DNA of 64,000 nt from Candidatus Bathyarchaeota archaeon. Lineage in GTDB: Archaea; Thermoproteota; Bathyarchaeia; 40CM-2-53-6. This document shows positions 10,581-20,005 of the stretch, in pieces. A model generated the notes under the pieces. The model saw only the letters and a program-made list of their open reading frames with translations. It did not search any database and had not been told where the DNA came from. The first letter of the stretch is position 1, and every line of letters begins with the position of its first letter. Where the stretch lies: NCBI GenBank assembly GCA_005883075.1, contig VBAX01000047.1:29598-93597 (forward strand), written 5' to 3'. A program made the position numbers and the translations under genes.

Positions 10581-11597
10581 CTATGTAGCGTATTCTTGGC
10601 GTATGCTGACTAGGTCTCGAACTATTGCACTAGCCGTTCTTTCGCCTCCGGCGCCGGGCCCGATGAGAGTTATGTCGCCAGCGTGTTCTGTCGTGAATGT
10701 GAGCGCGTTCAGGGTATCTGGGACACATGTTGGGTCAGCCATAGGGATCTGTTCGGGAGCTACTGAGGCTGAAGACTCTTCGATCCTGCCGATGAGTTTG
10801 ACTTTGGCGTTTGATGCTTTGGCCTGCTTGAGTTTCTGCGGTGTGATTTTAGTGATGCCCGTAATGTCTAGGTCTCGAAGACTGTACCGTTTTTTCAGAA
10901 CCCAGTTTGCGATTATTACGATCTTCGCGGCGGTATCGAATCCTTCGACATCATTTGTAGGATCCTTTTCCGCATACCCTTTCCTTTGCGCCTCTGCCAG
11001 CGCTTTCTCGAATGTTAGGGAGGCAGTTTCCATTCTAGTAAGGATGTAATTTGTCGTTCCGTTGAGGATGCCTCTAACTCGTATGATTCGTTCTCCAGGC
11101 ATGCATTTCGCGGCAAAATCCAGGAATGGTGTTCCCCCACCTACTGTTCCGCTAAAACGAAGCTGTCGGTTGCGGTGATTGGCTAGCTCGAGCAGCGCGG
11201 GCATCGCTAGTGCCAGAGGGCCCTTGTTCGCTGTGACAACGTGCTTTCCGTTGGCGAGCGCAGCTTTGATATTGGAGAGCCCGGGTTCTGCGTCTTTGAA
11301 GTTGGTGGGCGTTGTTTCAACAACAACCTCCGCTTCACTGTTAGTGATGATGTGAGCGCTATCATTGTTCCGGCGGCCCTTTCTGGGATACCTGGCTACC
11401 GTTCCATATTCCTTCTTAGTTTTCAGGACTAGCGAGATGTCGAGGCCTGCGTCGTCGGAGCAGGATCCTTGGCTGTCAACTATGGTGGTGATTTGGGGCC
11501 GGAAGCCGTAGGCTTGGGTGATTCGGTCTGCGTCTTGGTGTAGAACCTGGGCGAGCGCTTGCCCGACAGTTCCGAAGCCGGCCAGTATGATTCTCAA
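10581..11597 (-). CDS. hom: homoserine dehydrogenase
   Basis: GFGTVG, VVTANKG, GILNGTTNYIL, GYAEKDP, GPGAG. Confidence 0.95.
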   Translation of the reverse strand: MRIILAGFGTVGQALAQVLHQDADRITQAYGFRPQITTIVDSQGSCSDDAGLDISLVLKTKKEYGTVARYPRKGRRNNDSAHIITNSEAEVVVETTPTNFKDAEPGLSNIKAALANGKHVVTANKGPLALAMPALLELANHRNRQLRFSGTVGGGTPFLDFAAKCMPGERIIRVRGILNGTTNYILTRMETASLTFEKALAEAQRKGYAEKDPTNDVEGFDTAAKIVIIANWVLKKRYSLRDLDITGITKITPQKLKQAKASNAKVKLIGRIEESSASVAPEQIPMADPTCVPDTLNALTFTTEHAGDITLIGPGAGGERTASAIVRDLVSIRQEYAT

Positions 11598-12823
11598 AGG
11601 GCCCGCTCGATGTTGTCTATACTAGTTTGGTCGCTAGTTTCGAGACTGTAACCAGTCTGGGATTTGGGTAAGCGGTTCAGAATCGAGGGGTCTTTCAGAC
11701 CATGGCCTGTCGTCACGCACACGATGGTTTCCGATGGGTCGACCCTCCTGTTCGTCTTGAGCTTCTTTAGTCCCGCGATGGAGGCTGCGCTTGCTGGTTC
11801 TACAAAAATTCCCTCGAGGGTTGCAAGTTGTCTTTGAGCCTCGAGGATTTCAGAATCGGTTACAGTTTCGGCAGTTCCCTTCGATTCTTTTATGGCCTTG
11901 AGGACTTTTGGCCAGTTTACTGGAGATCCTATCCTGATTGCGGTCGCGATTGTTTGCGGATTGTGAACTGGGCGAATCTTGTTCTCTCTTCTTTTCACAG
12001 CTTTCGCGATCGGTGAGGCCTTCTCTGCCTGAATCCCGATCATTCGGGGCCTCGTCTTTGCGATCGATAGTTGTTGGAACTCGGTGAAGCCTTTCCAAGC
12101 GGCGCTGATGTTGCCTCCATTTCCGACAGGCAGTATTACAGTGTCGGGTGTTTTCGAGTCAAGCTGGTCAGAGATCTCGAAGGCAAGGGTCTTTTGTCCT
12201 TCGAGTCTGTATGGGTTGAGGGAATTCATCAAGTAGAGTTCTCTCCTCCGTTTCGTTAGTTCCAGAGCTGTTACGAAGGCTTGATCAAAGTCTCCCTTGA
12301 CCTGAATTATCTTGGCTCCGTGCATTGTAACTTGGAGCATCTTGCCACCTGCGACCTTTCCCTTCGGGACGAGGACTATGCATTCCATGCCCGCTCGTGC
12401 CGAGTAAGCAGCTAGGGAAGCCGCCGTGTTCCCGGTTGACGCGCAGAGAACTTTCTTTTTTCCGAGCTCCTTCGCTTTTGAGATTGCAACTGTCATTCCT
12501 CGGTCTTTGAAAGAGCCAGTTGGGTTTTCACCTTCGTTCTTGACATAGAGTTTCTGGAGGCCGAGTTCGCGTCCAAGGCGCCTGCACCTATGGAGCCCTG
12601 TTCCTCCTTCAGCGAGGCTCACAATAGATTCTTCATTTTCGATGGGGAGGATCTCTCTGTACTTCCACACTGAGAGTTGTCTGTGGTCCCAAGCTGGTTT
12701 CTTCTTTCCCTTGAGATCGAACTTTACTTCTAGTAGTCCACCGCAGATCGTGCACCGGAAATCGGCTTCACTGGCCGCGGGTTCTCTTTGACAGTCGAAG
12801 CACTGGAGCTTGTGGCGCAACAA
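11594..12823 (-). CDS. thrC: threonine synthase
   Basis: NPTGSFKDRG PLP lysine motif, CASTGNT, N-terminal Zn ribbon; operon context. Confidence 0.95.
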   Translation of the reverse strand: MLRHKLQCFDCQREPAASEADFRCTICGGLLEVKFDLKGKKKPAWDHRQLSVWKYREILPIENEESIVSLAEGGTGLHRCRRLGRELGLQKLYVKNEGENPTGSFKDRGMTVAISKAKELGKKKVLCASTGNTAASLAAYSARAGMECIVLVPKGKVAGGKMLQVTMHGAKIIQVKGDFDQAFVTALELTKRRRELYLMNSLNPYRLEGQKTLAFEISDQLDSKTPDTVILPVGNGGNISAAWKGFTEFQQLSIAKTRPRMIGIQAEKASPIAKAVKRRENKIRPVHNPQTIATAIRIGSPVNWPKVLKAIKESKGTAETVTDSEILEAQRQLATLEGIFVEPASAASIAGLKKLKTNRRVDPSETIVCVTTGHGLKDPSILNRLPKSQTGYSLETSDQTSIDNIERAL

Positions 12824-12828
12824 TTGGA

Positions 12829-13779
12829 CTAGTTGCCCCTGATGATGCGGGCTCCGCCGGCCGGGCTGGTTACGAAGAAAGTGGAGTCAATGTTGTTCTT
12901 CGAGAATTCTTTCACCATTACTCTTCCGATCTTCTTGGGGTCCTGCTTGGTTTTGTCGACGAATGCAACTACACTGGGACCTGCGCCGCTGATCGCGACT
13001 CCGCTTGCGTGTGCGCTAAGTGCTGCTTTCTTGACCATTTTGTAGCCCGGGACAAGTTTCTCTCTTCGGGGTTCTGCAATTGCATCTTCCATTCCGCTCC
13101 CGATCAGTTCGATATCTCCTCTTGCAAAGCCCAGGGCGATGGCTGATGCTCGTCCGATATTGAGAACCGCCTCCTTGACCCCGATTGTCTTCGGAACCAA
13201 CTTCCTAGAGAGGCTTGTTTTGTTCTTTGGAAGCCGAATATTCGGGGAGACGACAACAACGGAAAGCTTGGCTGGCGCTCTTGTGGAGATGGTTCTCAAA
13301 GGGTCCCCGTATGCTATTACGAATCCCCCGAGCAAGGATGCGCTTACGTTGTCAGTGTGGGCTGACCCTGAAGAAGCGGCCTCTCCGAGACTGGCAATCT
13401 TGACCAATTCATCGGGGGGAAGATGGAGCTCTAGGAGGTGGTTAATTGCCTGCGTGCATGCTGCAGCCGTTGCGCCGCTGCTGCCAAGACCTAGACCGGG
13501 CGGAATGTTCTTCTCGATAGTTATCTCGACACCGTTGTCCAGTCTGCTCCTACCAAGTAATGCTCGGGCTGGGGGACCAGCAGAATTCTTGTCGGGGGAA
13601 ATCGGCAGCCCCCTGCCGTAGGGTCCTAGGATCATGATCTTGACAATTCGTGTTCTTGAAGTTTTGACCTGAACTCGGTCGGCATATTTGCCGAGTGCTA
13701 ATCCGAAAGTGTCGAATCCGGCTCCAAGATTGGCCGTGGAACAGTACGCCTCGACCCTCACCGCTTTGTCAGGGATCAA
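12829..13779 (-). CDS. thrB: homoserine kinase
   Basis: STANLGAGFD, GHMP motif PPGLGLGSSG, HTDNV, SGAGPS. Confidence 0.95.
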   Translation of the reverse strand: MIPDKAVRVEAYCSTANLGAGFDTFGLALGKYADRVQVKTSRTRIVKIMILGPYGRGLPISPDKNSAGPPARALLGRSRLDNGVEITIEKNIPPGLGLGSSGATAAACTQAINHLLELHLPPDELVKIASLGEAASSGSAHTDNVSASLLGGFVIAYGDPLRTISTRAPAKLSVVVVSPNIRLPKNKTSLSRKLVPKTIGVKEAVLNIGRASAIALGFARGDIELIGSGMEDAIAEPRREKLVPGYKMVKKAALSAHASGVAISGAGPSVVAFVDKTKQDPKKIGRVMVKEFSKNNIDSTFFVTSPAGGARIIRGN

Positions 13780-13872
13780 CGGTCGAATTTCTCAACTGAG
13801 ACTCCGCCTTTCGTTCGATAATAACTGGCCTCGTACCAATGTCTCAATTTCGGCCGACAGGGAAAGCTTTCA

Positions 13873-14080
13873 GAATCGCCCATTATCAGCCCTGAACTCG
13901 ATTCTGGAAACCCCCTATGAACTCTCCCGAGATTCGTTCGGAATTGTCGTCTTCTTTCCATTCTGATCCCAGCCTAAATCCTGCCCTGAATCGTGTGACT
14001 CGCCCAGAATTAGTGCCAGACAGGAAGTCGTTTCCAGAAAATAGGGGGTCTTAGCGACCGACCCTCGCGTCGCAAGAGCG
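13873..14080 (+). repeat. dispersed ~210-bp intergenic repeat, copy A
   Basis: 14015-14078 matches the reverse complement of 47167-47230 at 60/64 nt by manual alignment; shares motif blocks with copies B and D. Confidence 0.9.
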
Positions 14081-14274
14081 GCGAAACTGATAAGCCCCAG
14101 AATTGGTTTAGGTATGTCATTCGTGGTCATGACCAATAGACCATTTTCGTGACACATAACTGTGTACTTCTCCGAATCTCGTTTCGTAGCGAAGGCTTAC
14201 GTTTCAGCCAAGCTCGCACGGTTCTAAGCACGAAACTACAGTATACCCAACCATTCGTTTTTTCTTGCAGACGC

Positions 14275-15030
14275 TCAGATCATTTTGAAATCTGTTTGTG
14301 GAATGTCTGCTCGAAGAACTGCTCCCGAGCTTCCGTCCAGCAGCGCGTTGTAGCTTCGTCCCTTGTACTCGTAGGTGCTGAACCAGATCGGTGCGTGAAT
14401 GTACGTCGGGCTGTCAACCTTGAAACTAGTATTGAAGGACGTTATCTGGTCCACTTCCTGTTTCGCCAAGAACCTCTGGTTCGCCTCCACTTCATACTTA
14501 GCACGTTGAATCGCCTCCTCGCTAGTCATCTCGCTGTTGAGGAAGTTCGCTCCCGAATCTATTCTCTTGAAATCGAAAGGAATCTTCCCTGTATTCGGGA
14601 TACTGTACTCCCGTGTCGGAAACTGCGCTCCCTTTCTTCCTAGGACAAGCCAGTCGTAATCCCTGTCTATCACGCCTTTCCTAGGCGAAGGTGGAGAGAC
14701 TCGCTCTAGTACTCCTTCGTAGTCGCTTGTTGCATCAACCTGGACGAGCCAGAACGGAAGATACCGCAATTCCAACGTCAAAATCTTGCTCTTCTTCGCG
14801 AGGTCTCCAGGCTTCATGAATCCCTCCCTCATCCAGTCGCGAAGAGCGTTCTCGATACTCGCAGCGTTGTTATTGTTGATGATGAGACTGTGTTCTAGCT
14901 GGAACGGTTGATCCGCCCCGACAACCGCAGTATAGCCACAGTAGCGGCAAGTCGAAACGATCTCTCCAGGGTTAATGCTGAAAGGCGCGCCACAATTCTC
15001 GCATTCTATTTCCGAAACAATGTCCACCAC
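14275..15030 (-). CDS. zinc-ribbon-containing hypothetical protein
   Basis: N-terminal CENCG..CRYCG, YLPFW motif, C-terminal LLDGSSG; divergent from htpX. Confidence 0.75.
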   Translation of the reverse strand: MVDIVSEIECENCGAPFSINPGEIVSTCRYCGYTAVVGADQPFQLEHSLIINNNNAASIENALRDWMREGFMKPGDLAKKSKILTLELRYLPFWLVQVDATSDYEGVLERVSPPSPRKGVIDRDYDWLVLGRKGAQFPTREYSIPNTGKIPFDFKRIDSGANFLNSEMTSEEAIQRAKYEVEANQRFLAKQEVDQITSFNTSFKVDSPTYIHAPIWFSTYEYKGRSYNALLDGSSGAVLRADIPQTDFKMI

Positions 15031-15103
15031 TGTCTCTTCCCCGATTGTTCTAGGAATGAATTAATGAAGGCCGAATTAAGCTCTCTAGACCAAGGAAGCT
15101 GAA

Positions 15104-16147
15104 TTGGCAGGACTCGGCGCGCTCAAGCGCACAATGGGTTTCACGATAATTCTAGTCTTCGCCATATTCCTCGGCCTCCTCTTCGTCATATCCGCCTTCT
15201 TCCTAGACCCTCTCACAGGACTAGTTCTTGGGCTAGTAGGCGCTTTCTTCATAATACTGCTTCAGTACCTGATCGGTCCTGTAATCGTCCGCGCTACCAG
15301 TCGTTTGCACTACTTGGCCCCTGGGGAGAATAGTTGGCTTGAAGCAAAAGTAAGCCAGCTCGCCTCGAAGTCAGGTATTCCCATACCCCGACTCGCCGTC
15401 TCCCCTGATCCAACTCCCAACGCGTTCGTGTTTGGCCGGACCCGCAACAGCGCGACACTCGCCGTTCACCAGGGTCTACTCCAACGTCTAGACGAGAACG
15501 AGATAGAGGGAGTCATTGGACATGAGCTTGGCCATGTAAAGCATCGCGACTTCATCGTGGTGACGATGATTAGCGCGATACCTCTGGTCGCGTATCTCAT
15601 CGCCCGCTCTGTTCTCTGGGGAGGCATCGCTAGCGGCTACAGCGGCCGCAGCAACAAGAATAACAGCGCCGGACTCTTGATCATCGTCGCGGTCGCCGCC
15701 TACGCAGTCTATATTCTTACCACCCTACTAGCACTCCGACTCACTCGTCTTCGGGAGAGCTACGCAGACGCATATTCTGCATTTCTCACCCAGCAGCCGC
15801 GAGAGCTAGAAAGCGCCCTAACCAAGATCGCTTACGGACTATCTCTCGCCCCCGGACAGCCTCACGGAGCCCGAGCCTTCTTCATCGAGGACCCTGCTCA
15901 GGCAAAACAGGACGTTGCAAGCATAATGGACCAAAAGTCGAAATATGATCTTGACAAGGATGGCGTCCTCGACGAGCGAGAGCTAGAAGCCGCTATGGAG
16001 CAGGAAGCCAAGTCAAACTGGCGGAAGGCTGCAGAGCTCTTCATGACGCATCCGCCCACCTACAAGAGGATCCTTATGCTGAGAGAGATCGAGCAGGACA
16101 TACGCTCAGGAAACTTCGAGCAGAACAACGCGTACGATCACGTCTGA
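15104..16147 (+). CDS. htpX: zinc metalloprotease HtpX (M48)
   Basis: PNAFVFG, HELGH, RESYAD, THPP..KRI; two N-terminal TM segments. Confidence 0.92.
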   Translation: MAGLGALKRTMGFTIILVFAIFLGLLFVISAFFLDPLTGLVLGLVGAFFIILLQYLIGPVIVRATSRLHYLAPGENSWLEAKVSQLASKSGIPIPRLAVSPDPTPNAFVFGRTRNSATLAVHQGLLQRLDENEIEGVIGHELGHVKHRDFIVVTMISAIPLVAYLIARSVLWGGIASGYSGRSNKNNSAGLLIIVAVAAYAVYILTTLLALRLTRLRESYADAYSAFLTQQPRELESALTKIAYGLSLAPGQPHGARAFFIEDPAQAKQDVASIMDQKSKYDLDKDGVLDERELEAAMEQEAKSNWRKAAELFMTHPPTYKRILMLREIEQDIRSGNFEQNNAYDHV

Positions 16148-16193
16148 CAACTGGCGATCCACCCAGCACTCATCGTGATGATTACAATAGAAC

Positions 16194-16199
16194 TATAAA
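16194..16199 (+). promoter_or_regulatory. putative archaeal TATA box
   Basis: TATAAA preceded by purine-rich AATAGAAC, ~30 nt upstream of ATG 16231; the same TATAAACCGGA occurs at 35278. Confidence 0.5.
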
Positions 16200-16230
16200 C
16201 CGGAACGCCTGCCAGTTCGACAAGATCAAA

Positions 16231-16614
16231 ATGACGCGGGTTCCATGGGCTCCACTGAACGGAGGAGCATTCCTGATAATATTCGGAACCGTAATGCTCC
16301 TCTCCGTTGTCGGGGTCGCTGGGCTAAACCCGTTCTCTGGCATTCCGCTTGTCTTTTTGGCATTCGGGGTCTGGCTTGTCATAGCAGCATTCACATTCTC
16401 CGGTCCTGATGATCGTTACGCCCCGCCTCGATCAATGATCCTCGCCTGGGGCGCATTCGTCACTATCCTCGGAGCCGTATGGTTTGTAGGCACAATCGCG
16501 CTTTCTCTCGTACCTATTGTCCTCTTTGTTGTACTCGTTGTGGCAGGCATAGGCGCGGTCGGTTATGCTCTTACTCGAGCCGAAGCTAAGAAGGCGCAAC
16601 CTACAGTCGCGTAG
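16231..16614 (+). CDS. small 4-TM membrane protein
   Basis: four hydrophobic segments, ATG start with TATA upstream, 3 nt before the methyltransferase gene. Confidence 0.75.
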   Translation: MTRVPWAPLNGGAFLIIFGTVMLLSVVGVAGLNPFSGIPLVFLAFGVWLVIAAFTFSGPDDRYAPPRSMILAWGAFVTILGAVWFVGTIALSLVPIVLFVVLVVAGIGAVGYALTRAEAKKAQPTVA

Positions 16615-16617
16615 ACC

Positions 16618-17328
16618 GTGTACGATTCCAAGGCCCGCTACGTCCGCAACCTCTTCTCCAAGGTTCCGTTAGAATACGACCTGCTCTTAGGGCTCCTCAG
16701 TTTCGGCCAAGATAGAAAATGGCGAGCCTTCGTGGTCGAACAAGCCCGGCCTCAACCTGACAGCGTAATACTCGACGTGGCCACCGGTACAGGACTCTTG
16801 GCGGCGGATTTTGCAAACGCGATCGCCAACAACGGGTTGGTAGTTGGTGTCGATCTGACTCTCTCAATGCTGCAAACCGCAAAGGAAAGGCTGGAACAGA
16901 AAGGGCTCATCGGAAGAACAGACTGGGTTTTGGCCCGCGCTGAGAACTTACCATTCAGAGACGATTGTTTCAGGTCTGCATCGATCAGCCTTGCGCTCAG
17001 AAACGTATCCGACGCGCGACTAACATTCAGGGAGATGGCTCGAGCAACAACATCAGGCGGTGTCGTGATCTCGCTCGACTTCGCCCGGCCCCCGAACAGG
17101 ATATTCCGACTATTTTACTACGACTACCTCCTCGGACTTTTTCCTATTTTCGGAAGAATTGTCTCGAAGGCTTGGGGTAGAACGCTTTCATACCTTGGCC
17201 GTTCGATTCTAAAGTCTAGAACAGGACCTCAGATTGCCACCCTAATGGTAGAGGAGGGACTGCCCGACACAAGGCCTATTCCACTAACGCAGGGAATCGT
17301 CTATGCGGTCTATGGGAAGAAACGATAG
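16618..17328 (+). CDS. UbiE/MenG family SAM-dependent quinone methyltransferase
   Basis: YDLL..LLSFGQDRKWR, LDVATGTG SAM motif, AENLPF, LRNV. Confidence 0.88.
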   Translation: MYDSKARYVRNLFSKVPLEYDLLLGLLSFGQDRKWRAFVVEQARPQPDSVILDVATGTGLLAADFANAIANNGLVVGVDLTLSMLQTAKERLEQKGLIGRTDWVLARAENLPFRDDCFRSASISLALRNVSDARLTFREMARATTSGGVVISLDFARPPNRIFRLFYYDYLLGLFPIFGRIVSKAWGRTLSYLGRSILKSRTGPQIATLMVEEGLPDTRPIPLTQGIVYAVYGKKR

Positions 17329-17360
17329 GAGGCAAAAGCCAAAGTGAACCTTGAATCTTG

Positions 17361-18581
17361 CTACATCACGGCAGCCACTGATTTCACAGTTGGTTTTGAC
17401 GGCGAGGATTCGGCATTCTTCCGAAAGCTTAGCCAGGCTAGGATTGCAAGCGCCACGAACGATGTCGAGGTTGTGTAGAAGATGCTTATTGGGGTTAGAG
17501 TGTAGAGTAAACCACCGAGGTAGGATCCAAATACAAACCCTAGGCTCTCTAGCGTCAGATAGAACCCGAACTGTCCTGCTCTCGATGCTCCTTTCCGTAC
17601 ATTCGAAAGGATGGAGTAGGCAACGAGGCTTGGTGCCCTAGCGCTTCCGATGAGGAAGACCATTGGAAACGCGAACAAGAGGTTTCTGGTCAGAAGAATT
17701 CCTACAAGACCTGTTGAAGATAGGAGAAGACCCAGAGCCATGGTCCCGCCCTGACTTTTCGCGTCCGCTCTTCTCCCGAGGAGAATGGCGAAGACGGCGG
17801 CACCAAGAGACTGCAGAGCACCGAGAAGTAGGATGATCGAAGGGCCTAGGTTGAGAGCGTCTTGGAAGTAGAGCGGTATGAATGGCGAGGCTACGCTCCA
17901 GGCAAGCGCCGCGCCGGCTAGATAGAGAAGGAGGGATCCTTCTCGACGCGACCTAGGAAATTCAAATCGAGGAGACCGAGCATCGCTTTCCAGTGGAGGC
18001 TGGGGCTTCATGAAGAAGAGAACTATCGTTGAGATGGAAAAGAACACGAATGTAAGTATGAAGATGTTTCTTACAGTGATCCAGTTGAGTAGAACGCTTC
18101 CAACGAGAGGTGAAAAGACTATTCCAAGCGGTGCGGATGCCCAAGTTACACCGAAGTTGGACGCAGATTTTGCGTTGTCGGCAGCTCCTACGATGTAGGC
18201 GTTGAATGCTGGTACATTGAACGCTGATACTTGAAACAGGACTATTCCAGGAATCACGTCAGTCCAGGTTCTCGCGAAATAGTACATGAGCGGTGGTGGT
18301 ATGCTCATTACCCAGCCTATGATCAACAACGCTTTCAACTCGTATTTGTTCGCGAGTACACCTCCCGGAATCATGCTTAGGGCCGCGGCGAGGAACCCGA
18401 TTGAGAATACGAGACCTACGTCGCTAGGGGAAGCTTGGAGGTCTCTTAGGTAGAGTGGCCAGATGTAGTTGTAGAGTCCTAACCCGAAGGTCCAGAGAAA
18501 CAATGAGAGAAAGAGCAGCCGAAGGTCTCTGGGAAGTGCTTGGACCGAGGCTAGCAGATTCAGCCGGCTAACTGGAAACAC
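17361..18581 (-). CDS. MFS transporter
   Basis: about 12 TM segments, GVLANKY / GRRADAK motif-A-like loops. Confidence 0.88.
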   Translation of the reverse strand: MFPVSRLNLLASVQALPRDLRLLFLSLFLWTFGLGLYNYIWPLYLRDLQASPSDVGLVFSIGFLAAALSMIPGGVLANKYELKALLIIGWVMSIPPPLMYYFARTWTDVIPGIVLFQVSAFNVPAFNAYIVGAADNAKSASNFGVTWASAPLGIVFSPLVGSVLLNWITVRNIFILTFVFFSISTIVLFFMKPQPPLESDARSPRFEFPRSRREGSLLLYLAGAALAWSVASPFIPLYFQDALNLGPSIILLLGALQSLGAAVFAILLGRRADAKSQGGTMALGLLLSSTGLVGILLTRNLLFAFPMVFLIGSARAPSLVAYSILSNVRKGASRAGQFGFYLTLESLGFVFGSYLGGLLYTLTPISIFYTTSTSFVALAILAWLSFRKNAESSPSKPTVKSVAAVM

Positions 18582-18636
18582 GACTCATCTGCCCCTCCTG
18601 CTAAGGGGCTCACGGAAAAGTCGCAAAGGTCTCCTG

Positions 18637-19320
18637 TCACGAGATTACCCTTGTTGCGATCAGAATTCCTGATATGAAGAAGTAAGAACCGAACGAGAGG
18701 AGGACCATGCCTGCGATGAGATCTAGCAGCCACCTTGGAACCTGCATCAGGTAATCATAGGAGAACGCGCACACGACAATTAGGAGGATTAGGCTAGCTA
18801 GCGCGCCTACGAGTGTCCATTTTATGTCGAAGGCTCCGGCGGCCGCGAGGATAAGGCTTGCTTCAAATCCTTCCGTCATTGTGATGCTGAAAACCGGTAG
18901 CGAGTTTCGGATCGAGAAAGGTATTTGGCCTTCTGTTGTCGTGAGGCCTTCATTGTGCTTCCGGTCTTCTTCAACGACTTCGTCCCTCCATTTTTCCATC
19001 TTTGCTCTGAACGATTTGCCTCGGAAATAGTACTTGACGAAGCCTCGTAGAAACCGATAGGAAAAGTAGAGTATGACTACACCCGGTATCAGGTTAATCA
19101 GAGCATCGGAGACAATCTTTAGTGCAAGGAAGGCTTGTTCGACGATTACAAACGTGACGACAGACCCTAGGCTGCCGAGGGCGACGCCGAGGAAGACATT
19201 CCTTCGGCCGATCTGCTTGATTGTGGCAAGAGAGAGGATTGCGACCTCGCTTCCCTCTATTAGAATGGCTTTGAAAGCCAGGAGGAATGATGCGACGATT
19301 ACAACATCTAGTCCAGCCAT
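18637..19320 (-). CDS. membrane protein, FTR1/COG4280-like putative metal transporter
   Basis: internal two-fold repeat with EGSE and EGFE motifs in TM1 of each half, reminiscent of the FTR1 REGxE motif. Confidence 0.6.
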   Translation of the reverse strand: MAGLDVVIVASFLLAFKAILIEGSEVAILSLATIKQIGRRNVFLGVALGSLGSVVTFVIVEQAFLALKIVSDALINLIPGVVILYFSYRFLRGFVKYYFRGKSFRAKMEKWRDEVVEEDRKHNEGLTTTEGQIPFSIRNSLPVFSITMTEGFEASLILAAAGAFDIKWTLVGALASLILLIVVCAFSYDYLMQVPRWLLDLIAGMVLLSFGSYFFISGILIATRVIS

Positions 19321-19465
19321 CTATTCTCCCATCCCGTTATCGTGAGGAACTGTCTAAGCGTTCACGGACTAACGCGTTCATATCTCTAACGGTAGCATGC
19401 GCTAGAATCAATTTTCCCACACGCCGCTTGCCGGTCCAAAAAACGGGGGTCGATTATACTTTAGG

Positions 19466-19870
19466 CTAGGTTGATCCGCCCTTCTCATCAGTTTTCTTGA
19501 AGTCTAAAGCGAGTGAGTTAACGCAGTACCGTAGTCCAGTAGGCTGGGGACCATCCTCGAACACGTGGCCTAGATGACCGCCACACTTCTTGCATAAAAT
19601 CTCGACCCTTTTCATGAAGAGGCTGCGGTCGGACTTTTCCTCAACATTCTCCTTTTCTGCTGGGGTCCAGAAGCTGGGCCAGCCTGTTCCTGAGTCAAAC
19701 TTTGTATCAGAAGAGAATAGTGGTGCTCCACATCCAGCGCAGAGATACATCCCCTCCTCTTTGTTGTGGAGGTATTTTCCTGTAAAGGGACGTTCGGTGG
19801 CCTTCTTTCTCAAAACTTGATAGGTTTCCGTGTCCAGCTGTTTCTTCCATTCTTCTTCGGATTTCTTCAT
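19466..19870 (-). CDS. msrB: peptide-methionine (R)-S-oxide reductase
   Basis: TERPFTG, KFDSGTGWPSF, GHLGHVFEDGP, RYCVNS. Confidence 0.97.
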   Translation of the reverse strand: MKKSEEEWKKQLDTETYQVLRKKATERPFTGKYLHNKEEGMYLCAGCGAPLFSSDTKFDSGTGWPSFWTPAEKENVEEKSDRSLFMKRVEILCKKCGGHLGHVFEDGPQPTGLRYCVNSLALDFKKTDEKGGST

Positions 19871-20005
19871 ACTATCTAGAGGGCTATAGCGGTAGATATC
19901 CTAATCGCTCTTTGGGAGCGATCTCTGACCCATCTAGAACCTTGTTCAACGGACAAGACCAGACTTTCTTCAGTTTGCGGTGCCTTTGAGATGTTGCTAT
20001 GGGAC

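Noticed and set aside
13776..13961. Leader peptide attenuator for the thr operon
   Set aside because: The 61-aa ORF is not Thr/Ile-rich and overlaps the repeat.
14015..14050. Repeat block TTTCCAGAAAATAGGGGG as an Orc1/Cdc6 ORB origin element
   Set aside because: Spacing differs from TCCAxxxGAAA plus G-string, copies are scattered singly, and no cdc6/orc1 or AT-rich unwinding element is adjacent. Not formally excluded.
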